Under the pieces are notes generated by a model. It had not been told where the DNA came from. It saw nothing but the letters and a program-made list of their open reading frames with translations, and did no database searches. From Amoebophrya sp. A120 (lineage: Eukaryota; Protista; Dinoflagellata): 64,000 nucleotides of DNA. Numbering within the stretch: position 1 is the first letter of the stretch; every line of letters begins with the position of its first letter. Location of the stretch: the NCBI GenBank assembly GCA_905178155.1, contig CAJINV010000019.1:1224913-1288912 (forward strand), read 5' to 3'. This document shows positions 12,154 to 25,600 of the stretch, piece by piece. The translations under genes were made by a program, and so were the position numbers.

Positions 12154-14586
12154 GAGCAAAGCCGCGTTTTGTCTGTTTGTGATGCATAGCGTCACCATCA
12201 CAGCGCAGGCTTCCGGTGCATGCTATGCATGACAAATACGAGCTGTTCCTGTAGTTGCTCTTCGTCGTTGCCTCGCGCTTGCTCCAGCCCAGTTCGTGGT
12301 CTCGCATTTTGTTCCTTCGGCTAGTTAGGAGGTAAAGCATTACAAATTTCGCGAACACCACTCGTCATTCGGATTCTTCTTGTTTGATGCGTGATTTTTT
12401 TCAGCCTGAGAGCCCGTTTTGACACTTCTTTGTCATGCAGAAATCCGAGACGGAATCGAGAAACCAAAATATAAAACGACTTTATCAATCAGGTCAGAAG
12501 GCGGGCGCCGCCTTTCCCATAGAAGGGGGTGGCGGAGCCAGCGGCCGAGCCACGGTTGCGGTGCCAAGCCTTATGCTGGGAGAAAAGTTGAAGCAAGGCA
12601 AAGGCAAAGTTCGCAAAAATGGACTTGTCATGATGGTTACGAACAGTCATCGTGCCTTTAGATGTAGGCGGAAAACTACATACTCATCTCTCATGTTTTG
12701 TATGTAATCACATTAGCATGGCATTGGCAAGTCGCAATTTACGAAGCCTTTGACTTGGTTGCTCAACTTTCTCACGGGATACAACTGATGAACGAATCCC
12801 CTACAAATCGCGGCCACCCAGCAAGGCACACAGTAGCATAGGGAAAGAAGAGGAGGCTTTTGGCTTTTTTGTTGAAAGTTGTGCAATATGCAGTTCCACT
12901 AGACAGTTCACTTGTACAGTACCCCTACCCGCAAAATTCTATAAAGTGTACCTTTGCCTCAACACTCCTAAAACTGTAAAACAAATTCAAAATCTCCACC
13001 ACTATCTCCTGCCAACTTCATCCCAACTTCCTAGAGAATAAATGGAAAAAACACGTCACTTGAAAGATCTATCCCGCTGCTCTCCTTCCGATGATAAATA
13101 ACGACCCGCGCGGGGGACTACCTCGGGCACTAGGCGAAGATGCGCTTGTATGATATATAATGCCGCCCCTGATACTTACTACATACCTTGTCTTGATGTG
13201 TTTTTTTGGAACGAGAAACAAACGCAGCATGACGACGCAGGTGGGGATGGGCTAATATGCGAGAAGAGCCCGGAGCTACTTTGCTGTTGTTTCCTGCATA
13301 GTATATCGGTCGGCCTCCCCTCTACTGCTACTTTCTCCTATTAAAATTTCGGTACAATATTTTCCGCAACTTCTTCTATCTGCAGAAAATGTCATGTTGC
13401 AGCCCACCACAACGAACTCGATGTTTCCGATACCTTTCTGTTGTTACAACAGGAGTACATAGTCGAACCGTTGAACAATCGAAGATGCGCCCGCGCACAA
13501 CTAGGTAAATGCCGCTACAAGGATGAAAAACCAAAAAACTGCCGACGCGAAAAAGACTTTGATGCCACAGGTTTGCTGCCGCTTCCTTGTGTAAAAACCC
13601 TAGCAAGATGAAAAAGTCTTCTTCGACAAGTCCTGTTGTTTGGCTGTTGTTTCAGTGCTCGACTGCTGAGATTGTTCCAAACACCACCACCGCCGGATCG
13701 AATTATTTCGCACGAACAAAACTCGGTTTGGAAGTGTCGCTTGATTGACACAGTAAGCTGTTTCATATGCTCCAGTCACTTCGCGGCGGGAGTTGTGATA
13801 GATTACAGTACAGAATCGGTCATCGCAAGCCTCTTGCGAGGCTCGCGCATTCGTCCGCTTGCACGCACGAAAGAAAGCAGATACTACCAGTATACAGCGT
13901 CATTAACATTGCATTTTTCGGTCGGTGTCGATTTCGATATCGGTAAGGAAAGCGCTTTTCTTTCTTGTGTCTGGCCCCAATCGGTTTTCGTTTCGCATGC
14001 CTCGGTCTCTCTAGTAAAAATCGTGCAAGAATAAAAATGAAGACAGTGCCAGCATTACCATTAGGCAGTATCGGTATAATCTGTTTCGCCTGCCGTATTC
14101 GACATTCCGCTCGTCATCGTCCAACACCTTCGACTTCGTGCAATATTCTCGTGCAAGAACTCATCAATTCTTTCCAACGATTGCACTAGCGACCTTCACT
14201 TCGCTTCCGACTTTTATCTTCAACCGATGACTGATTTCTTTCGTCCACGTGTAATCGACAGGATGAAATGTCAAAGCCCCAACTTCTATTTCATCAAACT
14301 TGGATAAAAGATGTTTCCCTTTTATTTTTTACCTGCAAATTATGATGACGAAGCGAACTTTGATTATCAAGCCAAATTCGGAGGAGCCTACTTACTTACT
14401 TCCTGGAGGAGAGTAGCACAAAAATCATCATGAGCTTTCATGCGATCACGACCTTGTAGTTGTAAGTGACACTAGTACAACTTCTTCCAGGGAAGAAGTA
14501 GCGTTTTATTGTTCCTCTCACAGCTTCTACCTTCTCTTCTGACGCCATTTTTCACTACAATACTCAGTGTACCTTATATTGCAGTT

Positions 14587-16418
14587 ATGCGCGGTGCAGA
14601 CGCCGTTTGGTCCTCTCCCTCGTCGCACAGCAGCAGCGGGGGAAGTGAGAAAATTGCGCGAGGAGGACAAAAAACTGCTGGAGCCACACTCTTTCCACTT
14701 CTCAGGAGGTCCTCGAACTTTCATTTTCACTACACAGCGGCGTGGTGTGTCTGTGTGGTCCTCGCCGGACACGAACTGTTCGCGAACCTCGCAGGGAACA
14801 ACAATTTTTTGCACAACTACGACCAGGAGGAATGTCCCCATTCTTCCGGGGCGGCGGGGTTCATACAACTTCTCGGCGTCCGGGGGATGCAGGTGGAAAA
14901 ATCTTTCCCCCACTTGAAGAGAAGGAACTATCAAATGCAAAAATGTCTGGGTCTGGAAGAGTGCAAGGTTTGTGATGCAGTTTTTCCATGACCCATGAGG
15001 CCTGGAATGCAGCACTTAGCATGAGAAACGCTGTGAGGTGTCTATCATGCCTATCCTGCATGAGAAACTCCCTCCAAACTGGTCAAGAGTGGACATCTTT
15101 TGGCACTCATGCAACACAGATTTCTGCATGATTCAGATTTAGCATGACAAGTTGCAATCTTCCAGACCCAGACACTTTTACAATCCATAGGAACATGGCT
15201 GGCACCACGTTTGAGGAGTACTACACCAGTGTGACAGAATATCGCAAGATGAAAAAACTGCTTCACTGTGAACTTGTGATGCATGGAACGATGGAGTAAA
15301 AACAGAAGTATTCTGTCTTGCTGTTCATCTACACATGCAAGACATTTTTGGATTTTCAACCGAGCCGTGTTGAAAAATTAAAATACCCTTTAGGAAGTGG
15401 AACGCACGGCATCAAGTTTTCTTTGTGGTCCGGTGTGAAGATGATACAAAAGACGTTCAAACAATAAATCGTTTACTATCGTGAAGCGCTACTTTTTTCG
15501 TACGATACAAGCCAGCCCTCGGGCCCGACGCAGACCCTGCCGAAGCAGGTCAAAAAGCCCCGGCGAAGGATGCCGCCCGAGCCTCTGTTTCCAGCGGAGC
15601 CCCCTCCCAAGCCGGCAACCGCCGAAATGGAAACGCAAACGGACCCACAGGACATGGGCCTGATCTACGACCCAGAAACCGACCAGTATTTGACCCCGGA
15701 GCAGCTGCGTGGCCGTGAAGAAGCCCTACATATGCAAGGAGAGGCAGCGATGACGCCCGCGTTAGCAAACTTCAATTTCACCGCAGGTCGTTGATGTTCT
15801 TGTGGCTATAGGGGAGAGATGTTCTTGTGAGCTCAGGGTGGACCTCCACCACGGCGACACCGTTGCATGGAAAAAAGCTGACTTGCATTTATTGTGCAGA
15901 TGTACCTCTACCTCCGCATTTACCATAACTTTTGAACAGGGGAGGGTCCTAAACAATTGGAGACTGTTGAAAGCAATAGGTTCGACGACGACGTCTTCAT
16001 CGATACGACCACTGTATTGATATTCGATGGGGAGCAGGAGGCTACTCCTGGCATAAAGAAATCATATCCAGGAAATATAGAAAATTTCACGGCTAACGCC
16101 CGAGCATCATGGTTGCATTGCATACAACGCCTGGCGGGTTTGGACCCCAACAGTTTTGTCGACCCGAATCTATTGCTTGACCCGAGTCTAGTACAGCCAC
16201 AATTTGACCAGTTTGGGAATCCGATTTTTCCCCCGCCGCCAGGACCAGAACCGATTGTCAGCCCTATACCGGGACAAAACGAATATGGGCATTCCGGGCT
16301 CGAGCGGCACGACGACGAGGACGCTCTTAATGGAGGTGGTCCACAACCACGACCGGTGCTATCACACGTAAAAACGCCCCCTCGAAGAGGACCCTTCCCC
16401 AGAGTAGTTGCCATGTAA
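14587..16418 (+). CDS. Hypothetical Pro-rich protein, ~379 aa; exons 14587-14928, 15195-15239, 15513-15786, 15940-16418
   Basis: Two TIR introns plus GT-AG intron 15787-15939 join ORFs 14509, 15570 and 15957 in frame (1140 nt). Start codon uncertain. Confidence 0.7.
14929..15189. mobile_element. TIR introner, family A
   Basis: Family A TIRs; perfect TSD GGAAC; reverse-orientation homologue of 62834-63098 and 51610-51866. Confidence 0.95.
15240..15507. mobile_element. Eroded TIR intron
   Basis: TATCGCAAGATGAAAAAACTGCTTCAC / GTGAAGCGCTACTTTTTTCGTACGATA; flanks CAGAA/CAAGC; frame restored. Confidence 0.75.
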
Positions 16419-19400
16419 TTAATCCCGCATCTGCAGGAGCGGAGACTAGTAGGTGCGTCGTCTGATGCACCTGCTTTTTCGCAACTACGGGACGAGAGAC
16501 GTTTAAGTGTTTCTAGGAACAATTGCGTTTCTTGTTGGGAAGATGAAAATGTCCTGAGCGTCAACTTTTCACAGAGATGCTTTCAGCAAGCAGGATCATG
16601 ATCATAAGAGACTTTTATTCTCATTGCTGCGGGGGCAAAAACTGCAAGTAACTTGGATCCTTAATCCCCGCCATTATGCTGTAGCACACACTGAATAGAC
16701 TTGTCATGATGCATGTTGACGTCCCCCAAAAAGAAACTTCGGCGTTTTTCTCTCGCGGAAGACGTTGTATAATTTCGTAACTGGGGAGCAAGAAGGGGAG
16801 GTTTTTACAAAGGATACCAGGACCCGAATGACCCGAATGATCCTCTCCGACTCCGACCGCAACCACCGCCGCGGCAGCCTCCCGGCGAAGCCACGGTGAC
16901 TTTATTCAAATCACACTTCGTGTATCCCACCGAAAATTGGTGCATTTAGCGTACGTAGTACTTTAGTTGTCAACAAATTTGTTCTTGCATGTAAACATGC
17001 GAAAATGTATTTCCGCAGAGACTACAGAAATCTTGACGTTGTGTCGCCCGTAATCATTCAAAGCAGATGATCATACATGATACAACTTGGTACAACAATG
17101 CTAGAAGCTGCAATTTTCTAGTCGACATCGCGCATGATGGAAGGATCGAGCCACTGGCGGTGCGGGGCGGCTCCCCCTTTGGCGGGTTTCGCGGCAAGGG
17201 CGGAGGGAAGGGCAGCGGGGGGGCGCGACGGCAGACGCGAGCAGCGCCGATCGGCGGACGAGGTCCGGGGGCAGGGAGGGGCGGAGCGCCACGTGGTTTG
17301 TCGTGAGGTGGGTCGTAAGGCCTGTTGCAAAATGAAATTAGTTTTCAAAAGGGAAATAAAGATGCTGTGAAGCTCAGGATCACCGATCTGTGATCTATGG
17401 ATGTCGCGATAAGGCCGATTCGACGGCCTTCTCACAGGGACTGAGTAACTCCTCTGGCTTTGATAATTCTATCGTTTGCTCGCATCAAGAACTGCAACAC
17501 TTGTTTAGAATTTGAATTTCATCTATTTTCCGCAAGAATTTCTATAGCCTCACTATTTTTATTTGACAGTACATTTCATAATCTTAATCTTACCTATTCC
17601 GACCATAATACATGAAGAGCATTATTATACGCAACAATGAAAAAAACACCGACTCGGAGGAATACTAGAGGATGTCGCAACATTCGCCGACTGCGACACA
17701 AGAATACGCGTCGCATGATCAGCTTGTGCAAACGTGAAGTAGATCATTGCCGTGCAGAAGTCCTTTTCAACCTTTATCCATTTCAATATCTTTCTTCCGA
17801 TTATTCTCTCGTACCAGTATTTATTTTGTGTACACTACAGCTTTCGACGGTTTAATATCTTATCTACCAGTTTGTTTATTCTCAGTTTGCTTCTTAACCA
17901 CTGTACCGTAAAATATCGAAATTAGCAGAATATTGTCCTCTGAAGATGAGGTTTGTTCGCGAGGAAGAAGGTGAGCAAAGAACGTGAGCAACCTGATCTT
18001 CCATTTTTGGTCTCTTCTTTCTCGAAAAGCCCCCGCGGTTGGAAGTTGCCGCCGGTGCTGCTGCTACTGCTGCGACCGCTTTTCATCAAGGGAGATAATC
18101 CCACTTGATACTGTGCACCCGCTGTTTTACGACCATCGTAATATTAGAAGCTTTTGAAGTTGTGAAATTTTGCCTCGGTCAACCGCTTGACGACGCAAAA
18201 AATCCAGATCGGTTCGTGTTGTGTATTGAAAATAAGTGATTCTTTTATCGTCGGTTTCTTTCATTCTGGTGCTCAAAACTTACTATTGTGAGAAGACAAA
18301 ATCGCAGTTTCCGGTTCGTGCAGTGCACAGAATAAATCCGTACCTCGTAGACAATTTTCGGTCGGTCGTGCGTGTGGTCCGCTTAAAACTTGCGTGCCGA
18401 GGAAAGAAGACAAAAAGAAGTCGGTATAAAAGTAGGACCCTGAAGAGCTGGCGTGTCTCGTACTTTTCTCCACTGTACTATAATACAGGTGCTTACTACC
18501 GCCTCGTTGTGCAGCTTTATTTTAATACCGATAAGCAGACTTGTGTCTGGGATTTGATTATTTTAATACCGATCGGTCAGTGAGCGTAAGTAAGTGGTGC
18601 TTGTTGCCCCTTTCGTTCTGTACGTGTGAATTCTGTTGTTCTAGAAGAAGTGTATTACAAATTTTCGTTCTCCACACTCAAAATCGTGCATACTAGTACA
18701 ACATCGTGCATCAAGATGAACTTGTCGTACTCGTTCGGAAGGTACAAACATCATCGTGCTTCTAGAATTGCCGTGCAAGTTCGGTCGTACTAACAAGGAA
18801 ACCTCAGGAGCAGTTGTTGTTTCCGAGTTCGACGTGTAGGGGGCAGTTTATTTTAGGCTCCGATATCGAATTCACCTACCGTGTCTACACGTGAGAATCT
18901 TTCTTTGCTGAAACTACAGATCCCCTTCAGACGAGTTACTTATGCGTGGTGAAAACTCGTTCCCCAACGAGGTCGAAGCATGTAGTAGTTTCGCTTGGGT
19001 TTCTTGTTCTTTTTCGTACACTACTTGTTGTAAATTTTTCATCATTCTCTCCATGTTCCGTGAAAATCTAAAGCATTCCCCGTAATTTGTTGTTTATCAA
19101 AATCATTTCTTTTTTACCTTGTGTGTTTCCGCTGTCTACTGCTTTCTGCTTGTCGAGTTTTCTCCAAAATTTGCAGCAAGGAGCGGAGTTCTTGAACGCG
19201 GAGAGAGGAGTTCCTGAATCACACAACTCCGTCGGAAAAAACTCGTCGAACTACAACTCGCGGGGTGTCCGGGCAACTGTGTGGAAGAAGCAGTCGCGAA
19301 TTCGTTTTCGTTTCAGCGAAGGTGGTGAGAGCAGCTCTTGTGTTCTTCAGTTGACGCGACGCGGACCACTCCGGTTGTATTCGATTCTACGAGAGTGCAC

Positions 19401-19670
19401 ACGACCTCCGATCTACCAATCCACCGCACTTGTCATGCAAAATACCACTACATTCACAGATTCATTGTCGTGGTGTGCATGAACAAAATTATAATACTTC
19501 CTGGAAAAGCACTGGCACACTCGTCAACGCGTTTCTTTGTCATGCGGAGGCTGCAAGGTTGCCGTTCATCCCTCTTATTGCCGTTGTAGATGCAAACATG
19601 CAAATGAGGCGGAGGGCGGGTGGTCGGGGTTGTCCACTTTGATGCCAAAGAACCTGACTGAACGGGGAAG

Positions 19671-22600
19671 ATGACGAAGGGCGCGACGTTCGTGGTGGCG
19701 GCGACGGTGGGTGGTTTTCTTCCCGGGGTGGAAGGCAGTGGGATTGACGGCGTTCCATTCGACCCGAAAAAACCATTCACGGTTCAGTTTTGTGACGAGC
19801 ACGGCAAGACCGCGGGCACTGTTGCGACCCGCACGCAGGACGGAGCAGTTGTCTGGGTGACGGAAACGGGAATGAAATCGGGTAAGTACACGGAATTGAA
19901 TTTTCAATTCGAAGAAGGCTCCTTCCGATGGGACGAAGACACGGAGAAACAGGAAGTGGAACAGCATGGCCACACCTACCGTGTCCAAGACGAACCGCCC
20001 CGGGGTTGTGGTAAAATTTCTGTGGCGGGTCAACGTGGGTGCCTCGGGACCAATGCGGCCGACAAGAATAAACTGATCCTAGGGCAAGAATGCGGAGACG
20101 ACCAGAAGAGCATCCGGTGGTGCCTTTCTTCGAGTAACCTCGACTGGAATACTGGGACTGACGACAAGGGTGAATATTTTGTGCATGATAAAGCTTATCG
20201 TACCGGAAAATACTGGCATATCAGTCATGTTTGTCACGCGTTTGGCACGTCGCAACTATTTCTTCCTGGGATATAGTTAAGAGTATGCAATTTTCGCTCC
20301 CATGTGCGTCGCGAGCAGGTTTGCGGTACTGTTTACGCAAGACAAACGTGCCATACAGTTTTCCGGATGATAAATTGCCTTTCAGCATCGCGGAAAGCAA
20401 CCACTTAGCAAGTACGCTTTGGACAGGTTGGATACCGACCTGGTGGTCGGAATATGATTACGTAACATCGGAAGCAAGCAGGAAGGGACATAAAAGCGTG
20501 TTTCTGAAGCAAGATGGAGGTGAAATAAATGTCGCCCGGCTGCAGCCTCCACAATCCGGGTCCTCTGCTGCACCGGAACAGGCGGTACTTGTGATTCTAC
20601 TGAAGTATATGCAAGTCGTTTCCTCGACCTCGTTGTCGTTTCCCGACTGGGAATGTCTGCTGGATGCTTTATTGTTTTCTGGGGATTTCGATTTATTATT
20701 ATTTATGATAAGTTGTAGGTTACACACCTTCCTCTTTTTGGGGCGTGATCTGATACCAGGTGTGCCGCGACTTAGAAATTGCTGTAGATAGTAGAGCAAA
20801 ATGTTTTATTTCCGTACTCACTAGGGAAACTAAGAACACTCATGGCGACGAGAGCAGTTGAATTTTGAATTTGATCATGTCTTTACAGCTGCACGGTGAA
20901 GAAGAACCAGGCCACGAAGCCGAGGATGTGGGAACCGGCGAAGCAGGGCACGCGCTTGCGGGTGGGAACATTTTCCAGGACGACCTCCACGAGGAGGTAC
21001 ATTTTTCTTTTTAGTTTCGATCGCTCGGTGATTTATGAGCTGTAAAAGCACTACACCATGCTGTCTTGAAGACCAAGATCGCGGTAGGGGAAAATCACAC
21101 TGCTAGCGCTTCTTTCTTTTCGGCCTTCATCGCAGCCTCGTGGCGGAAACACAGTCGTGGACTTCTGCGCAACGAGATCTTGTCCTACAAGCCGCGAGAC
21201 CTCCGCTGCCGCTGCGCGGAATGGCTTGCGCTCAGCTGTACTCTCTACGGCTGCCGCCTGCACACTTACACCACAGAAAGTCGACAACAGAGCAGAGGGC
21301 TACGACGCTTTTTTTTGCGACATAGTAAAGGCGCAGCACCATAGCAGGATCGACCGCTTAGGCGAAATGCAGCCCCAGCCTGCAGTCGTGGTGCTTTCCT
21401 GGCGACAATATTTTGTAGCCTCTTGTCGACCACGAAATTTGAATTTCGATGGCCTGTTCTGGGGAATGTAAGCTTGAATTTTGGCACTGCACCTATAACA
21501 GGACAACGTTGCCGCCGCTTTCGAGGAGCTAGTCGACGAGAACGGAGAACCTGCTTGGCTACTGGCGCCCCAAGATGTTGCTGATGTTATCCTTACCAAA
21601 ACATTCCTCGTTTTCTTCATGACGTGTATTTGTTGTGCTTGTGCATCTGTAAAGGCAGCAATTTGCGTATCTCGTGGCATGTTGTAGGCAAGTCGGAAGA
21701 TAGGTCCGGGCATGTATATACAAGATCAACAAAGCGCCGTCAGAGGATGGACGACTGTGCCTCCAGAGGCAAGACTTGTGATGGCGGCCCGCAGGATGCC
21801 GATGCGTGCTCGAGCGGCAAATTATACACAGATGAAACAGGCGGGGAATGTCTTCGGTGCAATATTCATTTGGTCCGACGAAGGGGGCAGTGGTGTGTTT
21901 ATTCAATCAAAGCTCAAACTGGGCTAAAAAAAATTTGGCATGGATGCTGGCGACCGCGTAGCCTAAGCATTGCATGGAGGCAGTCGTTCATCAAAATTGC
22001 GCACATAGCAATTCTCTCCCAAGGGATTTGGTGCAACAAGCTGGAAGCAGCGTTTTGCGTGCTGCTTGTCGTCTTGCAAGTTTTCAGACCGGACGCGTCC
22101 ACGGGCGGCAGTGGGTTTGCACTTGCTGCCGGCCGCTGGAACGGAGCGTCGGGCTCGCTACCCTTGTTAATTCCGCGACGGTGTTATTTTCACTTGCCCA
22201 AAAACTTTGCTTGAATACTGCCTTTAGCTGATGTGAATCCGGAGGAGACACACACCAAGTACTGGGCTTTTCTTGCGGAAGAAGGGTTTCGGGCGTGCAG
22301 GGGAAGGGTTTGTCCTTGTCGTGTACTATCGCTTGTTGAAAAACACGACTCGGGTGGAGTGCCGTCGTGGAACTTCGTTTGGGTCAGCCCTAGCGGATCC
22401 GCCAGTGCTGCACCAGACGAGAAGTGGTGGGTGGATAGGTCTATCCTCGAAAGCGACGAACCAGCTTGCGAACCACAGACACCGCGAGTGAACCTCTGTA
22501 AAGTCGAGTTGGGGCAGCCGGCAGCTGACGTATTTTCTATTTGATTTGGAATCTACTCTGTTGAAGAAACAAAGGCCGGCTCTGCTGTTACCACCCACTG

Positions 22601-25600
22601 AGTTTTTAGGTCCAGAATTTTCGCTTTTATCCAGAGCGTGTTGAAGTGAAAGACCCCTGCCTCAAACTCCGATTGAATAGAGGCAAAGCAAAGTAGAAGT
22701 CCGATGGATCTCAGTGGCTGTGACGCTAGTGCTGGCCCCCCGTATCGAATGGAAATGGGATATGTAATCGCATAGGGTCCGCCTGCGGAGCAGGCACTTG
22801 TGCTCTGACGGTCGTATCAGGAATCAAAATCATTTGCAGTGATCTCCAGCTTGCAACTTGAGAGTCCCGCCCGCCACTGTGTTGGGATCTTTTGAGTTTC
22901 GCTTTTCTTTGCTCCGCACTGCACTCACCAACGTATTTAAGAGGTACATTCAAATCTCTCCAGGTACAAGGAGATGTGCGCGACGAGGGCGGGCTTGAGA
23001 GAGAAGCAGCAGCGGGAGCAGCAGCAGCACCCGAAGCCGCAGAAGTTCCCGAAGCAGAAGCAGAAGCAGATGAAACCGAACGGGCAGCAGAAGCCGAAGC
23101 CGAAGCCGCAGCGGCATCACCCGAAGCCGAAGCAGCACCACCACCACCACCCGACTCCGGCCAGGTAGTATTTTTGTTTCGCGCCCTTTTCCTCACCGCA
23201 TACTTCGACGCGGAGCCTTTCCACCTGTTTCTCGTCGATGAACAACACGACGTAGAAGTAGATGGAACAGCGATAACATACCTGAGTTTGACCTCGTGGT
23301 TGACGATCAAGATGAGAGGAATTTGTCTTGCATAAAACCCGAGAGTAACTCTGACATTCTCGGACGTCATTGATGTTTGATTGCAAGCATGATAGTAGAT
23401 GCAAAAACTAAAACACGTGTCTATCAGGTTGCCGCCGAAGAAATATTGCAAGGAATTCAAAGGGGAGAAGCTTTTACCATGACGTTCACGACCGGGTCGA
23501 GCGGGGACAAGATCGTTCACCGGGTCGGCGGAGGCTGGTCGCCGTGGATCAGTGCGCTAACGCCCGACGAGGTTTCTTTGGTACCCGAGGGAACTGGAGC
23601 GTCGAACCAGTTCCGTCTGGTGGAGCCGTTGCCTAGCGGTACTGGATCGCTGTGTGGCAAGCTGGAAGCGATTGGAGCTGCGCCGGGCTCCGGTAAACAC
23701 TTCGTTACCTGTCCTACATTTGGCACGTCAAACGGGTTTAAAGTACAGCTCACAGGACAATCGAGGCTCGCCTCGGTCGTGTGTTTCGAATTCCAAGAGG
23801 GCCACGGTTGGAGGGTGACGAAAAGCGACGGGGGAAGGCGGCGCATGGTCGTGCAGGGACGTGTTCCTGCAGGTGCAAAACAAATACGCGAAGTAAGTTA
23901 TGCCGCGCCGTTTTTTTTCGCGCTGTCGAGTAGTGTGCTAGCGTGCTGACTGCGTTCTGTATTAATCAAACACATGAGGCAGTGCGCATTTGGAAACGCG
24001 GCTAGTTGATGCCATGTGCATCGAGCGAGCCTAGCCCTTTCATGCATGGTCGTACTGATTTACAGAGCAAAACCAAAAGCAGCTTCCGCCAGGGGATTCC
24101 ACACAAAGACACAATCAGAGAAGTTTGCATTGGTATTTGTGTCGTGAGCAGATTAGGTGTGCAGCACAAGAAAGACGGGGGGATGAAAGGCGGTGGTAGT
24201 CTTAGACTTGATACGAGAGCCAGAATGTGCTATGGACAGACAACAAGAAAGTGCCCACGGACGAGGCGCACGTGGTACGAAAAGAATTGTCCCTACCTCT
24301 ACCCCACAGCCCGCCCTAGCGACGGCTCTCTTAAGTATTGCTACCCCAGAGGTGCTGGCGGCATCCCCACGAAATGAAATGCGGACATTTTTTGCATGAA
24401 TTGATTTGGATTCTCTTGGTGATGAGTACCGGTTGGAGAAGATTTGCGGGCCGACGCCGCAATCTGTCACTTGCTTTGTCATGTTGACCAAAAACAACCT
24501 TCTTTCTTTGCTCCTGATGTATTCTCGACAGGCACCGTTGGCACGGTGATGTCGTGGCATAAGTAGTGAATACGAGTTGCGTTATTTGTGGAGAACGGAA
24601 GAGGACAAGCACAAGCAATCCGGTTGCTGAGCTGGCTCCTTTTCCCGCAGGAGACCGGCTTTGTCTCCGTCCGAGCCTTCCAGCACTGTCGGCCACCTAC
24701 CGAAGCAGCGTTTTGTTCCCAGTTGAGATGAGATGTTCTGCGGGAACTTATGTTCTGTTTATGTGCCTGCGAAGGGGGGTGTTTTGCTGGTAGAGGTAGA
24801 GATTGCCTTTCCATAGACGCAAATCGATCTTCTGGTGAATGCAGAACATGACGATGACCCGGAGGCAGCTCAGGTACTACCTATACAAAAAGAGGTAGAG
24901 TCAACAGGCGGCTTTTTAGTGCATTTCGTTTTTTGTAATCGTAATCGCCGTACTAGTGTACCAAACTACGACATTGACTCCAACTCGGGGATGTCAACCC
25001 GTCTCTTGACGTCAACAACAGGCTCGTTCCGATTACGACTACTACCACCCTCACGGTAAAGATCCCCTCGAAACGGATGATGAGCACTATCGCATGTATG
25101 ACCAAGGCACCGTCAACGAGGATCAGAACCAGGGCTCTCCGCGCGAGGTACAGTTCCTTCACTGCTTTAATCTTTGCGATACTTCACCAACATCGTTCAG
25201 CTGGACACTCATGTGTGCAGCCGGCCGACGTTGCAACAATCAAAGTGGTTTCAGCCACCATTTCGCGCCCAAATAGTAGATTCGTTCTGTCGTGCAGCAG
25301 TGAATCCCAGGGGCCCGCACGAGGTCAATCTTCGATAGTTCTTTCTTCTTTCCGATATAACCGCAACGCGCAGTCGAAGAAGTTGGACCCTTTGTTGCCG
25401 TGCGGTGGTAAGAAGTCGGCAGCTGTTCGTCGTCCACTTTTTAGACACACGGATAAAGGCTCTGGACCTTTTGTCCGTTTCGCGACGAATGGCGAACGTG
25501 CGCGCACAAACGCGCAAACCGACGAAAAAAAGCTAATTCGACTATTACAGGTCGGAGTAAAAAGTCATGTCTGAGTCAAATGCGCGTTGCGTATGCGTTG

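Noticed and set aside
16830-17310. GC-rich patches that may be exons (Gly/Arg-rich frames)
   Set aside because: No consistent frame, strand or splice model could be supported.
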